Shown: positions 26,501-38,959 of the stretch, one piece after another
How the letters are laid out: each line of letters opens with the position of its first letter
How positions within the stretch are numbered: the first letter of the stretch is position 1
NCBI GenBank assembly: GCA_964270895.1
Contig: OZ185436.1
Origin: Podarcis filfolensis
Taxonomy: Eukaryota
Length of the DNA stretch: 64,000 bases
Reading direction: 5' to 3' (one strand)
The notes under the pieces: generated by a model
What the model was told of the DNA's origin: nothing
Seen by the model: the letters and a program-made list of their open reading frames with translations, nothing else
Database searches by the model: none
Made by a program: the position numbers and the translations under genes

Positions 26501-26716
26501 CAAGTGGTACCTCTGGTTAAAAACTTAATTCATTGCGGAGGTCCATTCTTAACCTGAAACTGTTCTTAACCTGAGGTACCACTTTAGCTAATAGGGCCTC
26601 CCGCTGCCACGACAGGATTTCTGTTCTCATCCTGAGGTAAAGTTCTTAATCCGAGGTACTACTTGCGGGTTAGTGCAGTCTGTAACCTGAAGCGTTTGTA
26701 CCCCGAGGTACCACTG
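26501..26716 (-). mobile_element. Same MITE family, copy 2 (inverted)
   Basis: Reverse-complement match to 22229-22454; flanked by TA. Confidence 0.85.
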
Positions 26717-27317
26717 TATTACATTTGACTCCAATCAATTCTACCAAGACAGCATTTTTTCCTCACTCTTTCTGAGTGGAAAACAATAGCAGGAACCGTA
26801 ATAGTTGAACTGATTTTTTTCTCTCCTAACACATTCTATACACAAATAGTTTCAAGCATCCATTTTCATACTAGCATTAAAAGTTTCCTTTAACAGTAAA
26901 ACAAAGCAGTACCCACACATATAATAGAAAAAAATAATTTGTACTTGTCACTGTTTTTAATATATAATAATAACTTTGACTGTTCTGCCTAAGAGAAAAT
27001 TGGGCTATGTGGTAAATGTCATAAAGTAGGAGAAAATATGCTAACTATGCAAGATGGGTTGCCTGTTATTTATGCAGCACTGTAGACCCAATTAATACAC
27101 ATTTTCCATTAATAATGTTCATGAATTAACTAATAGCCAACTTACCATGTTAATCTTTATTATTAAAATAATGTAATCATGATCGTTCTAGCCTTTAATT
27201 TAGCTATGCAGGCATTTTATTAGAGATAATAGAAATTTATATAGCTATTTATATTCATTCCACTTCAGATTTCTTTAACAATAGCAGATATAATTGAATC
27301 TTAATTCATCCCCTCCC

Positions 27318-27319
<2 letters not shown>

Positions 27320-27353
<34 letters not shown>
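27320..27353. repeat. (AC)n microsatellite
   Basis: Seen directly. Confidence 0.95.
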
Positions 27354-27355
<2 letters not shown>

Positions 27356-30300
27356 TAACCAGTATTGTTTTCACCTATACTGGTGGTTAACTGTTTTGAA
27401 TACTGTATATTATTGCTTGCATAATAAGATATGCAAAAATTCTCATCTATGCTATATATTGTACAGCCTCAATATCAGTTATTTAGGATTTAAGTTAGGA
27501 AGCATGCTTCTATGAAGAGCAGTCACAGTACACAAAGGACCTCCCAAAGTAAACCAATTTTGCTGTGCCCCTGAAACTGCTGGTGGCAAGGATAAAAATA
27601 GGTATACAAGGAGAATTTGCTGGATGCCAAGAGCCAGGTTTGGGGCAGGTACTTTTTTGGTGAGAGAACCCCAGCAGAGATTTAAGATAAGAAAATATGC
27701 AGCAAAGTGTAGAAAAATAGGCTGTTAGACCTTTAAAATATGCCCTTGTGGGTTCCAAAATAGTCCCTTCCTCCTCTAGCATAGAACAAGACCACATGTT
27801 TAGTAAGCAAAAATGGTTTATTATTTACAAGCTCTCCAAAGGCAGATTCATGTGCTTTTCCATACAGCATTTAGAAAAAGATGCACAGACAGTATAACAT
27901 GGCTAAGTTACAGTGGTGGAAGTTCCTAAAATTTTGGTATAGGAACTCAAGTGTGGATTGTGACAGCCATGCGGCCTGAGCTTGGAGTAACCAGCTGAGA
28001 CCCCTTTGCATGATGAGTTTCTCAGGTAGACTGGGCGGCAGAGCTGTTGAGGAGGGGGAGGTTTGACAGACCCTCACAAGGTGAGATGAGCCTGGCAGGA
28101 CAGCTTTATGGTCTTAACCACTTCATGCATTAATTAGAGTTAAGCATGTTGGTTATATGAGGCTGGTTATCTGACAAACTCCTCACCAGTTGAAACAGTA
28201 GGGAGCGCATAATATATTTCCCCCAGAATTGAACTGCCAGGGATAGATTGAAAGCAAGCTTTTAAGTTTGCATGATGCCACTGCCATCCCCATCACTACA
28301 GCCACCTGAACTACTTCGAAATGAAATTTAAAACTTGGAGAGATCAACTCAAAAATCTCCCTCATAGCATCTGTTTTGACCCTAAGAAAGAAGCAGCGAC
28401 AACTACTGCTTAGCTGCAGTTTGAGCTGGGAACATTTTTCTAGGCCAAAACAAAATTATGCAGCCCAAGAGGTTTCTCGATGGAGTAATTTTGATAAGCA
28501 AACAGCATCTAAGGCTATTGCGGCGTATACATCCCAAGTTGCCATGTGCTGCTAATGATGAATTCATTGTGATTTCCTATTTTTGAAAGTATAAATATTT
28601 GTACAATTCTGTAAAATTAATTTTAAGATGAAGAAATTTATAGACTTGCCTTTTGTAAGGGGTACCGTTTTCACAACAAATCTTTTGTACATTTGTATTC
28701 TTGCTGTATCTCGAGTGGCAGATTTTAAAACAGAAAAGCTTCCTCCACAGTACAGAAATGTTTACTGGCAGAGGTTTTGTTAGTTCTTGTAGTTTATGAC
28801 TGACTTAATTGTCACATCTGTAAACATTAGTTATGGAAAATACCAATAAGTAACACGTTTTAGCATAATTATTCACTGAGCAATTGAACTCGTTTGAAAT
28901 TATTATCTTTAAAGACACCAAAAATACTTGCCCTTAACTGCATATTTTACATTCTGATTTAAAAACTGATGTACTTGGATTAAACACACAGGAGCCCTAG
29001 GCTAGATGTTATACAACCATATGATTCAGCTCTTTGCTTACATCATATTTTCCTATAATACAAAAACTGGAGACCAAACTAATCACGAAGGCAGCAAATG
29101 CATGTATTGAAATTGGGCTGCCACCCAATCACTGTAAAGCACTGTAATATAAAACAGAGAAGAGGTGGGTGGGAAGAGAGGGTTGAATCCTTACCCTTGC
29201 TCATGTTTGCCAATGCCCAATGAAAAGTTCCCTTACTGTTTCTTTCTTGGTGAGTAACCCTCACCTGGATAACAACAGAAGACCTTCCACTGATGATCTT
29301 GAACAATGACCCCAGGCTCCCTTACTTGCTTTGCAGGGAGTTGGATAATTTGAAAATCTGAAGCTCTCGTTTTCACTTAAATATATTTATATCCAGAACT
29401 TTAACCTATAATTGGCTAAGCCAAAGGAGGACTTTGGGTACTGATCTGGTTGATGTTCTGTTTGAAAGTTGCATATCAGTAATGTGATTCCTCTGTTGAG
29501 CATTGCTATGCTGCTATTTAGTACAACTCAACATGTTAAGAATATATGTTGAATATATGTTCAACCCCCACACCTATTTTCAAGGTAGAAGAAATCACAG
29601 AACAATGTGCTGAGATAAAGTGAGATAACTTCCCATGCATGCTGCGAGTTCCTGGAATGAGGGTCAGGATACAAATGTAATAGACAGGCTACAAGAAAAC
29701 ATTCCAACATGGGAATTATTTCATATTAGTCCTTGGGCAGAAACAAACCTAAGAACGTAAGAATCCTGCTGGACCGAGCAAGTCGCACAACTAGTCCAGC
29801 ATCCTGTTCTCACAGTGGGAAGCCTGAATCTGAGTGGGACAGTACATTCCCCACTTGTGATTCCCAGCATTTGATATTCAGCAACACAGTGCCTACAACA
29901 GCAGAGGTAGAGGTAGTTTTACAGCAGAGGTCAAGTTGCTAAAATTTATTGTCTCCAGGTGTCCAGTATCAGATTGCTATCTTCTGCTTCAGCTTTTCTA
30001 CTTGAAATATTATGATTAAAAAACCAACCTATTTATAAGAAGTTTGGCAAACATTCAAATCACAAGAATATTTGCTGCTTTGATATAAGATTTCCATGCC
30101 CCTGCTTAGTACAGCAGATTTCAGTCATAGAAAATGCAATTTCACGAGCTTCCCTTTGTATGTGTGAGTAGTGCTGACTAATAAAACTCTCGCAGTTGTA
30201 TTTGCATAGATTTCTAAATGGAAGCTATGATTTCCTGACTCTCATTTTGACAATATATGTGACATCATAGGTCCATTTAAAAAAATGTTATCTTTAATCA

Positions 30301-30670
30301 CTGGTGTATGAGGTAAATTTTTGTTCCATTTTATTGTTTTTAAAAGGAAGTGTTTTAAAGGTATTTAAAGGAAAATGGAGGGGCTTATCAAAGAAAAAGA
30401 CTGTTTCTATAAGAGTTAAACTACACTGTGATGTTAAATGCAACTTTGAATTTACTTCACAGGTTTTATAAAACTGAGGTGGCATCATTGGAGGAGGTGA
30501 TAATGATCAGGATTGTTGTAAAGCAGAGAAAGTGAAGCTGACTCTTTCATTTGCAGATGTAGTCCTGAGGAAAATCCCTTTTCTGCAACCAGAATTTGAA
30601 TTGATAGGAAATTCCCCATTTGTGCCAATGGGGGATTTTCTCCCAATGTGATTACTAGCTTCAAAGGAGA

Positions 30671-31030
30671 GGGATCCGGGTGGCGCTGTGGGTAAAAGCC
30701 TCAGCGCCTAGGACTTGCCGATCGAAAGGTCGGCGGTTCGAATCCCCGCAGTGGGGTGCGCTCCCGTCGCTCGGTCCCAGCGCCTGCCAACCTAGCAGTT
30801 CGAAAGCACCCCCGGGTGCAAGTAGATAAATAGGGACCGCTTACTAGCGGGAAGGTAAATGGCGTTCCGTGTGCTGCGCTGGCTCGCCAGATGCAGCTTG
30901 TCACGCTGGCCACGTGACCCGGAAGTGTCTGCGGACAGCGCTGGCTCCCGGCCTCTAGAGTGAGATGAGCGCACAACCCTAGAGTCTGTCAAGACTGGCC
31001 TGTACGGGCAGGGGTACCTTTACCTTTACT
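30671..31030 (+). mobile_element. Full-length Sauria SINE (young)
   Basis: tRNA-like head with A box (tggcgctgtggg) and B box (ggttcgaatcc); characteristic body; (ACCTTT)n tail; CpGs largely intact. Confidence 0.92.
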
Positions 31031-32774
31031 CTCAGCACCTAGGAGTATCATAACTAGATCCTGGAGGGACCTGTCAGAAGTGAACATGGACCTCTGGTAC
31101 CAAACTGTATGGGAAACAGCCATACTAGAAAAGCTAACCAACAAACTGAAAGTAGAATGGTATCTCAGGCCAAATGTAACTGATCTGTAGAAAAGACTCT
31201 ATGAACTGAAAACAGAGACACTATATATATCTTGGTTATCCATGAAAATCTTTCAATAAAAAAACATTTTTTAAAAAAATGCAGAGGTAGAAGGGGTTAA
31301 TTTCTACCTTCCTGCTTGCTGTGATCCGGATAATTATCAGCCCTCACCCTCAGTCGATGCTATTTATATTTTAAATGCCAAGACAGCAAATCTAGTGTGG
31401 CCCTAAGTGAAAGTAGTACAGAAGGCAATCTTTATAGTTTTATCAATGGAAGTGCTGCTTAGCCTTTCCGAAGCTTTAAAATGCGGTGAGATTTAAATGA
31501 AGAAAGCGGAATGGAAGGGAAAGGCGAAATGTGAGGAAAAGGCTACACATCCTTCACCCTAAGCTGTTGCTCTTATAAAAACTCACATTTATCCAGACCT
31601 GTGTTAGATGCAGGCTGATTATTCTACAACACGTCAGTGAAGGCCAAGCATTTTATAGAAATAAAACATACCGGTAATTGCTGAATGCAATTGGAATCTT
31701 TGGTTCTTTTTTTGCACCTACCAGGTCACCTTCCTTTTGAGCCATTTTTGGGGCAATGTGTGCTGGTTCTGATATTGCTTCGTCTCATGACTTGAATTAT
31801 AAATGTTAAAATTAACAACACTTGCTTATTTTTTAATAGTTCCCCAACTACAATTTTAAGATGCAGAAATGATGAGCTTCATAAAATATTTGGCATATGG
31901 GAAAGCCCCGTGGTCTTCTAAAACGAGGTTCACTTGGCAAATCTCTCAAGGAGTTGCACAGTCATTTGGTACAAACTATCCATTAAGATAAAGAAGGCTA
32001 TCCTGCAGAATTTGGGACCTGACTTCCAAAAGATCAAAATACATTAATTTTAGTTATTTTATTCTGCAGTTCTTAAGTGTAAAGCATTATTATCCAAATG
32101 AAAAAACTTCCAATGCTCTTAGTGACTGAAATTCCTAAAAGACTTCACTGTGGGCACCTGTGCTTTGCAATTGTGTTGCTTTTTAGCTATGAAGACCAAA
32201 TACAGGGGAGAGAAAAAGGCACCTGTCCTCATCTTAATCATATTTAGACAAAATCAAAATTAATCTCAAACTACAATGTTATTCTCACCTAACATTTCTC
32301 TGAAGTAATTAGCTTTCTCTTACGTACAAAGGCAGCAAAATATTGTTTTAACCTATTTATTTTGACTTCTGTGGATGTGTTGTTTGAAGTGGGAAACAGA
32401 GTCTGACAATCTGAAAGGAGTTTGTTCATTTATTTACTCTCATTAAATTTTGTAGAAGCTCTTGAGCCCATTGTGAAAGCCTCTAGGCACAATTAAAAAT
32501 GGATTGCCTTTCTTACCAACAATGAAGAAAGGGACCTGACAGTTTTGCAAATAACTTCTCAACCAGAGTTAGAAACACTCTGAATAACACTTCTCTATTG
32601 CTACTAGACAAGGGATTTCCTTTTGGCAAGGACTTCTGCCTTCCAGATATCGAAGAGTCAGGGGGAAAGCTACCAATATTTCCTTCCTCTAAAATTTATT
32701 TAAAGAGAGAGCTCTCAAGGGAGAGCTAGAAAATTGCAGGTCACTTGGTTTAACAACTGTCCTGTGTTATTTCA

Positions 32775-32905
32775 AAGAATCATATAATTGTTGGAAGGGA
32801 CAATGAGGGTCATCTAGTCCAGCCCACCAGAAAAAAAGAAATCTTTTGCCCAGCGTGGGACTTAGACCCACAACCCTGCTGACTGAGCTATTCCAGCAGG
32901 ATGTG
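32775..32905 (-). mobile_element. tRNA-derived SINE with a CR1-type 3' tail (Squam3-like), degraded
   Basis: Reverse complement of gggcaaaagatt..ctggactagatgaccct..cccttccaac..tatgattct; matches 40688-40820. Confidence 0.65.
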
Positions 32906-32984
32906 GAAAACACAATTAAAGCTAGATTTGTTATGCATGTAGAAGAATAAGCCTTTGTGAGAAAACATAGCTTCTGCAAAGGGA

Positions 32985-33160
32985 ATTCTGCCTCACCCTG
33001 AAGAAAAATTACCTTATGTGGATTGGGGTTAGTTTGGTTAACATCATACACTTGGACCTCCAAAAAGCTTTTGCCAAAGTTTCTCACCAACAGTTCCCAA
33101 ATAAATTTGGGATAATAGAATGGATCCATATGGATGAGTACTGACCAACTGGCAACCTCA
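32985..33160 (+). mobile_element. CR1 reverse transcriptase fragment, decayed
   Basis: Translates to NIIHLDLQKAFAKVSHQQ, compared with the CR1 RT motif DIVYLDFSKAFDKVPH. Confidence 0.7.
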
Positions 33161-33671
33161 TATTAAGCTATTAGAGAAGTTAAGTCTCCAAGGAAAGTAA
33201 AAAGAGTTTTCACAGTGTCCATTTGTGAAGATCTGAAGGTCTGTGGTATGTTTATAGAGACTTCTAGGCACTCTGCACATCATGGCTGCTGCCAGCCTGA
33301 GCCAGGAAAAGAGGTGCACAGGCACAGCGGCCCCACGCACCAGCACGTCTCTTTCGCCAGCTCAGGCTAGCAGTGGCTCAGGCTGTCCTCTTTATCGCTC
33401 TTCAAGATAGGGCAATCCAAATTACAATGCGAACAAAAATCTCATGAAAGGAAAAGCTAGTAAGTTGGTTTCTTTGCTTTTCCAGAAAACAAATAACTTG
33501 CACATTTTCAAGGTGGTGCTGCTTTTACTACTAGCATGCTGTGTTTATTGAATGGTCTGCTTCATAGTAAGGAGCTCCCTAGTTAGAGGAGGCATGTAAC
33601 CATACTATTTTATACTCCCTTTTGAAGTAACATTAGTGATTCCAGTGAATGTAAAGTCTCCTGCAGCATTA

Positions 33672-33780
33672 GAACGAACAGTCTTGTGGCACCTTAAAGA
33701 CCCACAAACTGATTGTGGCGTAAGCTTTCGTGGAATGGCACACTGGGCTTTGGTGCACGAAAGCTTAAGTCACAAAAACT
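33672..33780. mobile_element. Penelope-like element remnant: inverted pseudo-LTR junction (hairpin)
   Basis: Inverted repeat 33713-33732 / 33756-33775 (18/20 match; perfect core taagctttcgtg / cacgaaagctta); gtcttgtggcaccttaaaga is typical of reptile PLE ends. Confidence 0.65.
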
Positions 33781-34299
33781 TGAAGATGCCATAAAGCACT
33801 TGAAACTCATTTAAGCAGATGCACTGTGTATTATCTTTTACTCTGATACAAAGTGTTTCAGAACATAATATCATATTAGAAAATAAGGAAGGTTTCACAC
33901 AGATTCCTGAAGAGTCACAGCTCCTGGGGGGAAATACCAAGGATGATTTGCCAGCCCTAAAGGATAGTTTAGTGTTGATGCTGGAAGTACAATCTGAAAT
34001 GATCTGGGAAGAAAAAGTGACTAAGCCTCCTGCAGTAGTATCGGTGCTGGAAGCAACGGAACAATGTTGTGCTGGAGCTATGATGTTGGAGGAGGAGATG
34101 GAATTAATGGAAAGAGGACTCTGTGTACAACTTGGAATCATCTCAGAAGAAAAAGTTGCTGTGCCTCCTGCAATACTATTGTTTGGGCTGTGAATTAATG
34201 TCTACATAATTTGTTATGGATATTGTCTTTTTATATAAACACAGCAAAGAAACTCGTGAGGAATAAAGAATAAGCACCGCATGTCTTTTTAAATCAGGA

Positions 34300-34650
34300 G
34301 GTAAAGTTGTGGTGTTTGACTGGAGGAAGATTAAGGTTGATTCTTACTTATGAACTTCATGGATGGGAAGGAAAAGGAATGAAACTGAGATACCTGGATT
34401 TAACATCAGCTAGCGGAGGGAGGAATAACTGGACATTACTCTGGACTGAACACTGGATTATTATAAGGAACTTTTGCAGGCACAACTGACAGATAGTTGG
34501 AAGTCACTTTTACTTATCTCTTTCTCTTTTCTGTTATTATCTCTCTGTGTCTGCTTGGTTTTCTCTTTGTTCTCTTTCTTATTTCTTGTTTTGTTTCTTT
34601 TTTATTGTATGTTGAAAAGCTTTATTAAAACTTTATTATAAAAAAATAAA
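34300..34650 (+). mobile_element. Probable L1/Tx1-type LINE 3' fragment
   Basis: Decayed Trp-rich coding-like segment, then a T-rich 3'UTR and an A-rich end (ttataaaaaaataaa). Confidence 0.4.
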
Positions 34651-35134
34651 GAAAGGCAGTTTAATCTGTAAGTGAGGGGGTGAAAATGAATGGACAACAG
34701 CTGAATTACACTGGTGGTGGGTACGTTTTGCTGAGGTGTGTTTTGCACCAGCACAAATCATTAGGCATTGTTGCTCCTATATCTTGTAATGCATGCCTTA
34801 TCCTGCAAATGGGTGCTTAAGACACTGTTACGATAATTAACTTATAAGCATCAGCAGAACTGAGGAAGAAGGAGATGATAAAGTGCTTTTGAGGCATACT
34901 CTGCAGCATTTTTTGCAAACACCCAAAAGGCACAGAAACATCTGGAATTCAAAAAATCTCTCAAACACCTAATGCAAACTGTTAGCCACCAAATAATTGA
35001 TGCCATAGCATATCACTAGCATTTCTCAAATGCTTTCAAGGATACAACAATTAAAGAATCAGTAAGCCCTTTGTTTTTAAATAGCAGAGCATATTGAAAT
35101 GGCTCAGTGAACAATTCAATCATTAAGTTTGTGA

Positions 35135-35570
35135 TGGATATGCAGCCTGTCTGCAGATGTCATGCAACGTCTGGATATTCCCTGGTAGAAGGGAAGAAAT
35201 CAGTGGTCTTGTTACATCTTGTTACATGTGGTACCACTGATGTGGTGGAATGCAGTCATGCAGTCCTGGAAGCAAAATTAAGGTTGCTAGGTAGGAGGTT
35301 GAAAACCAAGACCTTCAATGTAGCTTTCTCTGAAATGCTACCTGATGAAAAGGCAGAGCCAGCTAGACAAGCACAGCTGGAGAGTCTTAATTGGCAGATG
35401 AGACAGTTGTGTCAGAAGGAGAAGTTTGAATATGTTAAGGCAACGTGATGGAACAAGCCAGGCCTGTATGAAAGGGATGGGCTCCACCTGAACCAGAATG
35501 GAACCAGATTGTTGGTGCTTAAACTCAAAATGGCACAGCAGCTTTTAACCTGATCTTGAGGTAGAGTCTA
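35135..35570 (+). mobile_element. CR1 ORF1 SGNH/GDSL esterase fragment, decayed
   Basis: CGTTDV (compare VGTND), VAFSEMLP, and after an in-frame stop LYERDGLHLNQNGTRLL (DxxH motif). Confidence 0.8.
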
Positions 35571-35772
35571 CAGGAGCTCAGAAGCATCTCAGTTCATGGT
35601 AAATCATACGTAAGGGATGAGGGTGAAAATGTCCAAACGAAAGTGCAGAGGGGCCAAAGCAGTGCAGGAGAAAGAGCATGTGCCTAAGATATCTGGAGAG
35701 AGACCTAAACCAACATGGGATAGCAGGGCTGTTGTTTTTTTAATCATTATTCCCAAGTCATTCTGAATTTAC

Positions 35773-35879
35773 CTTGTTTTTTGAAGAGATTGCTGCATAC
35801 TATATTCTTCATGGAGCGCACTTTATGATTCTGTAGAGATTTTGGTGGAATGCAAGTATAAAATTCATATAAGAGCTGG
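35773..35879 (-). CDS. DOCK2: DOCK2 exon (~25), 107 nt: [35 protein letters not shown](E)
   Basis: Acceptor tcttttgcag, donor gtaaat. Confidence 0.94.
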
Positions 35880-36262
35880 CTGCAAAAGATAGAAAAATGA
35901 AATGATTAGATTAGATTAATATGGTATATTTTAAAAAAAGAATCTGATGAAACATATGGAGGTCTTCCAAACAGTTAAACTAGCTAGTGTTTGCCATAGA
36001 TCTTTCAACTGTCACAACAGAGCAACTGTTATTTTCCTGCTTATTCTATATCTGGTACTAAGAAGCCTATGCTTTTTAGACACATGGCTTATGTCAACTT
36101 AGGCTGTTTCTGAAATCAGATATGACTTCAGTTCCAGAATAACAGTTTGCAGCAGCAATGCATCAAGTGTGAATTTACTTACCTAACTAACCCAATACCA
36201 GCATAGTCCTGCCAAAGGTATAGTGTCACCTAGATGACACTGAATTCTGAATGTTAGCTCAC

Positions 36263-36333
36263 CTAAGTAACCTGACATCAAACACTGTTTCTACATCTTG
36301 GAGAACAGAAGGAATATACTTCAAGGCAGCCAC
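36263..36333 (-). CDS. DOCK2: DOCK2 exon (~24), 71 nt: VAALKYIPSVLQDVETVFDVRLL(S)
   Basis: Acceptor ttctttcag, donor gtgagc. Confidence 0.95.
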
Positions 36334-37643
36334 CTGAAAGAAAGAAATATAAAATACTTGATCATTTTGTTGCATGTTTCATAAATACCTGTAAGCTAAA
36401 GGCCATCATACCCAGGAAAACCCACGTTTTACCGCTAAATGAGAACAAATGGCAATCCTTGGAAAACCTAATTGCTGCTTGCTCTGATTTAGCTGTAAAA
36501 CACTGATATTCCCAAGAAGAGTGCCAGGACCACCACCACCCCTCCAAAAAAAACCACCACTGCTCAAACATGCAGTTTTAAAGCACAAATGTGCCTAGAA
36601 ATGCAACACAAAGGGAAGTCTGGATGAGCCTCAAGTATCATCACAACTTAAGGATACATGGGATAGCTTAATAAATGGGACCCTGAGCTCCTGGTAAGAA
36701 GCATTTAGATCGATGAAGAAAAACAAATGGAAATAAAATAATAAACTTGTTTTCTCCTGACTCTCCACTACGAAAGAATGACACACATTACACAACCATA
36801 CACTCCCACAGAACCAACCTGAAGTAAATCAACTGCATTTGCTTTCGCTCAGTAATACCTAGGCTTATATTTTAGACTGGAAAAGGCATTATGGTAAGTT
36901 AGGTTTCTGGACACATTACCCATGCACATGGATGCTGCATATTTATGAGATGAGATACACACACACTATTCCCACCACAGTATTAATATTTTAGCTGATT
37001 CCATCACAACAAATTTGTGAATGTGAAAGATACATGATGATAATTATGGCAGATACATTCCGGTTTGTTAATAAGAAAGCAAGTCCCTGCGCTATCCTTA
37101 CTCTCAGGGGAGCAGTAGACACATCAAGGCTCAAAAAGATGGCCCCAAAGAAATGGCAATAAAAGCTCAGTTCAATTTTTATTCAAGTCTTTATTACACA
37201 AAACTTCAAACAGAGAGGCATGTGCAAAGTGCTGCTCGTTGTTTCCACATGCACACAAACACACACGCAAATGGTACGTCACATGTCCTAAAGAACACCA
37301 CAAGGGCAAACCCATTAAGTATGGCACACTCTGGCAAAGACAATGTTGCTGTTAACAATGCCTGGTACAAAGCTTGCTATTCAGGTTCACCATACTCCAA
37401 CAAACAGAGATAACAAAAGTGTCACTTCTAATTTATTTCACAGTTATTTCAACTGTCTTTTAAAAGCTACGTGCCAACTCATTCCATTCCTTTTGGGTAA
37501 CAGTCACCACAAAATGCTACTTGCAACATATAGCTTTGCATGTACTGTACTATTGTGTACAGTTTTTGAGGGGGGAGGGTAAAAGGGAGCAGAATTATTC
37601 ATTTTATTACATTTTTATCTCATCCTTCTTTCAAGTAACTTAG

Positions 37644-38019
37644 GGCTGTGTGCATGGTGTATCCCAACCACCACTTTGTGACAATTTTAGGTCTGTACAG
37701 GCAATAATTCTGGGGGCAGACTGGAGCGAAGCCTGCTCCACTCTTCTCCGCTCCCAAGTCCCACCCCCATGGACTGGCCTGATTGGCCAGAACTCAAAAT
37801 TGAGACTGGTGGGAAACCCTACCCTCTTCCATGGCCACCCTGTCCAGCATTGTTTCCGGGGGATCAGGAACAGTCGCAACGGGCTGCAGCTGCAGTGCAC
37901 CACAGGGCTGGGTAAGCAGCCATTCTGGGAAAATCAAAGCACATGGGCAGTGGATAGCACTGTGCCTGCTAACCCCACCAACAATCGCAATACATGGATT
38001 GACTCTTCTGCACATAGCC
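37644..38019. mobile_element. Possible PIF/Harbinger-like MITE
   Basis: Ends ggctgtgtgca / tgcacatagcc are inverted (1 mismatch); GC-rich interior; TSD not convincing. Confidence 0.3.
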
Positions 38020-38104
38020 TGTTTATGTACAACTTGCACAAACATAAGCTCTGCCCACAGATTCTGTACTGTGAAAAAAATACCGAATGAAGTCCACACA
38101 TTCC

Positions 38105-38490
38105 CAGGGCTGGATTAACCATGAAGCAAAATAAGCAAGTGCTTAGGGCATCAAGGGAACAGGAGCACCACAGAAATTTTCCATTGCCAGATTTTTAACA
38201 TTAATGGTCACAAATTGCTGCACTGAGTGTTCATTTTCTCACTTGAAGTATGTTAAAAATCCCAACAGAACAATTATGCAACAAGGCAGGCTGGTTACCT
38301 TATCTCTACTAAGTATAGAAGTAGATGTGTTGCGTAAGATTAGTTTTGAGGATGTGATCAAAGACTTTGCAATTAGAAAAAGTAGGAGAATTTTTTTTTA
38401 AGTATAAATAAAGTGGAAGGATACAAAAATAAACATTATTTTCCATCTTACTATCGGTTTTGCAAAATAAAAAAATATTTTATGGTTTAA

Positions 38491-38532
<42 letters not shown>

Positions 38533-38584
38533 CACCAAAATCTTTTAAGTGCTTATGACGTCTACAAGTGTTAATGTGGCCCTG
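38105..38584 (+). mobile_element. Internally deleted hAT transposon retaining the transposase C-terminal dimerisation region
   Basis: TIRs cagggctggattaac / gttaatgtggccctg; 8-bp TSD cacattcc / catgttcc; peptide SFSHLKYVKNPNRTIMQQGRLVTLSLLSIEVDVLRKISFEDVIKDFAIRKSRR resembles Dimer_Tnp_hAT; (GT)n inside. Confidence 0.85.
38493..38531. repeat. (GT)n microsatellite inside the hAT element
   Basis: Seen directly. Confidence 0.95.
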
Positions 38585-38959
38585 CATGTTCCTTCCTCCA
38601 TGTGGTAATTATCCTCTCTCTTTCACACTAGGTTCATGTGACATAGGTTAGGCTGTGAGAAATTCAGCCAAGGATACCCAGGGAATCGTATGAATGAGAA
38701 GGAATTTGAATTTGGCTGACCAGCACTCTAGCCATTACGCTGTACTGGTTCTACTAAAAGGCCAAAACATTTCTATCTATCTAGTTATTTATTTATTCTA
38801 TTCCATAAAATTTATATACAGCTTGATTGTAAAAACAAACCTGAAACTGGTTTACCAAAACAATAAAATATATCAGTAAAAGAATAACAGTATCAGTAAA
38901 AACAGCTATTTAAAATATCTCAAAAACAAATCAGCAATAAACTAAAAACAAATCCAAAT

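Noticed and set aside
30671-30760. tRNA genes (also ~40690-40745, ~1944-2010)
   Set aside because: They are SINE heads; no complete cloverleaf, and SINE bodies follow.
37650-38122. Cluster of overlapping ORFs up to 146 aa
   Set aside because: The GC-rich interior of a probable MITE lowers stop frequency; no recognisable protein or splice logic.
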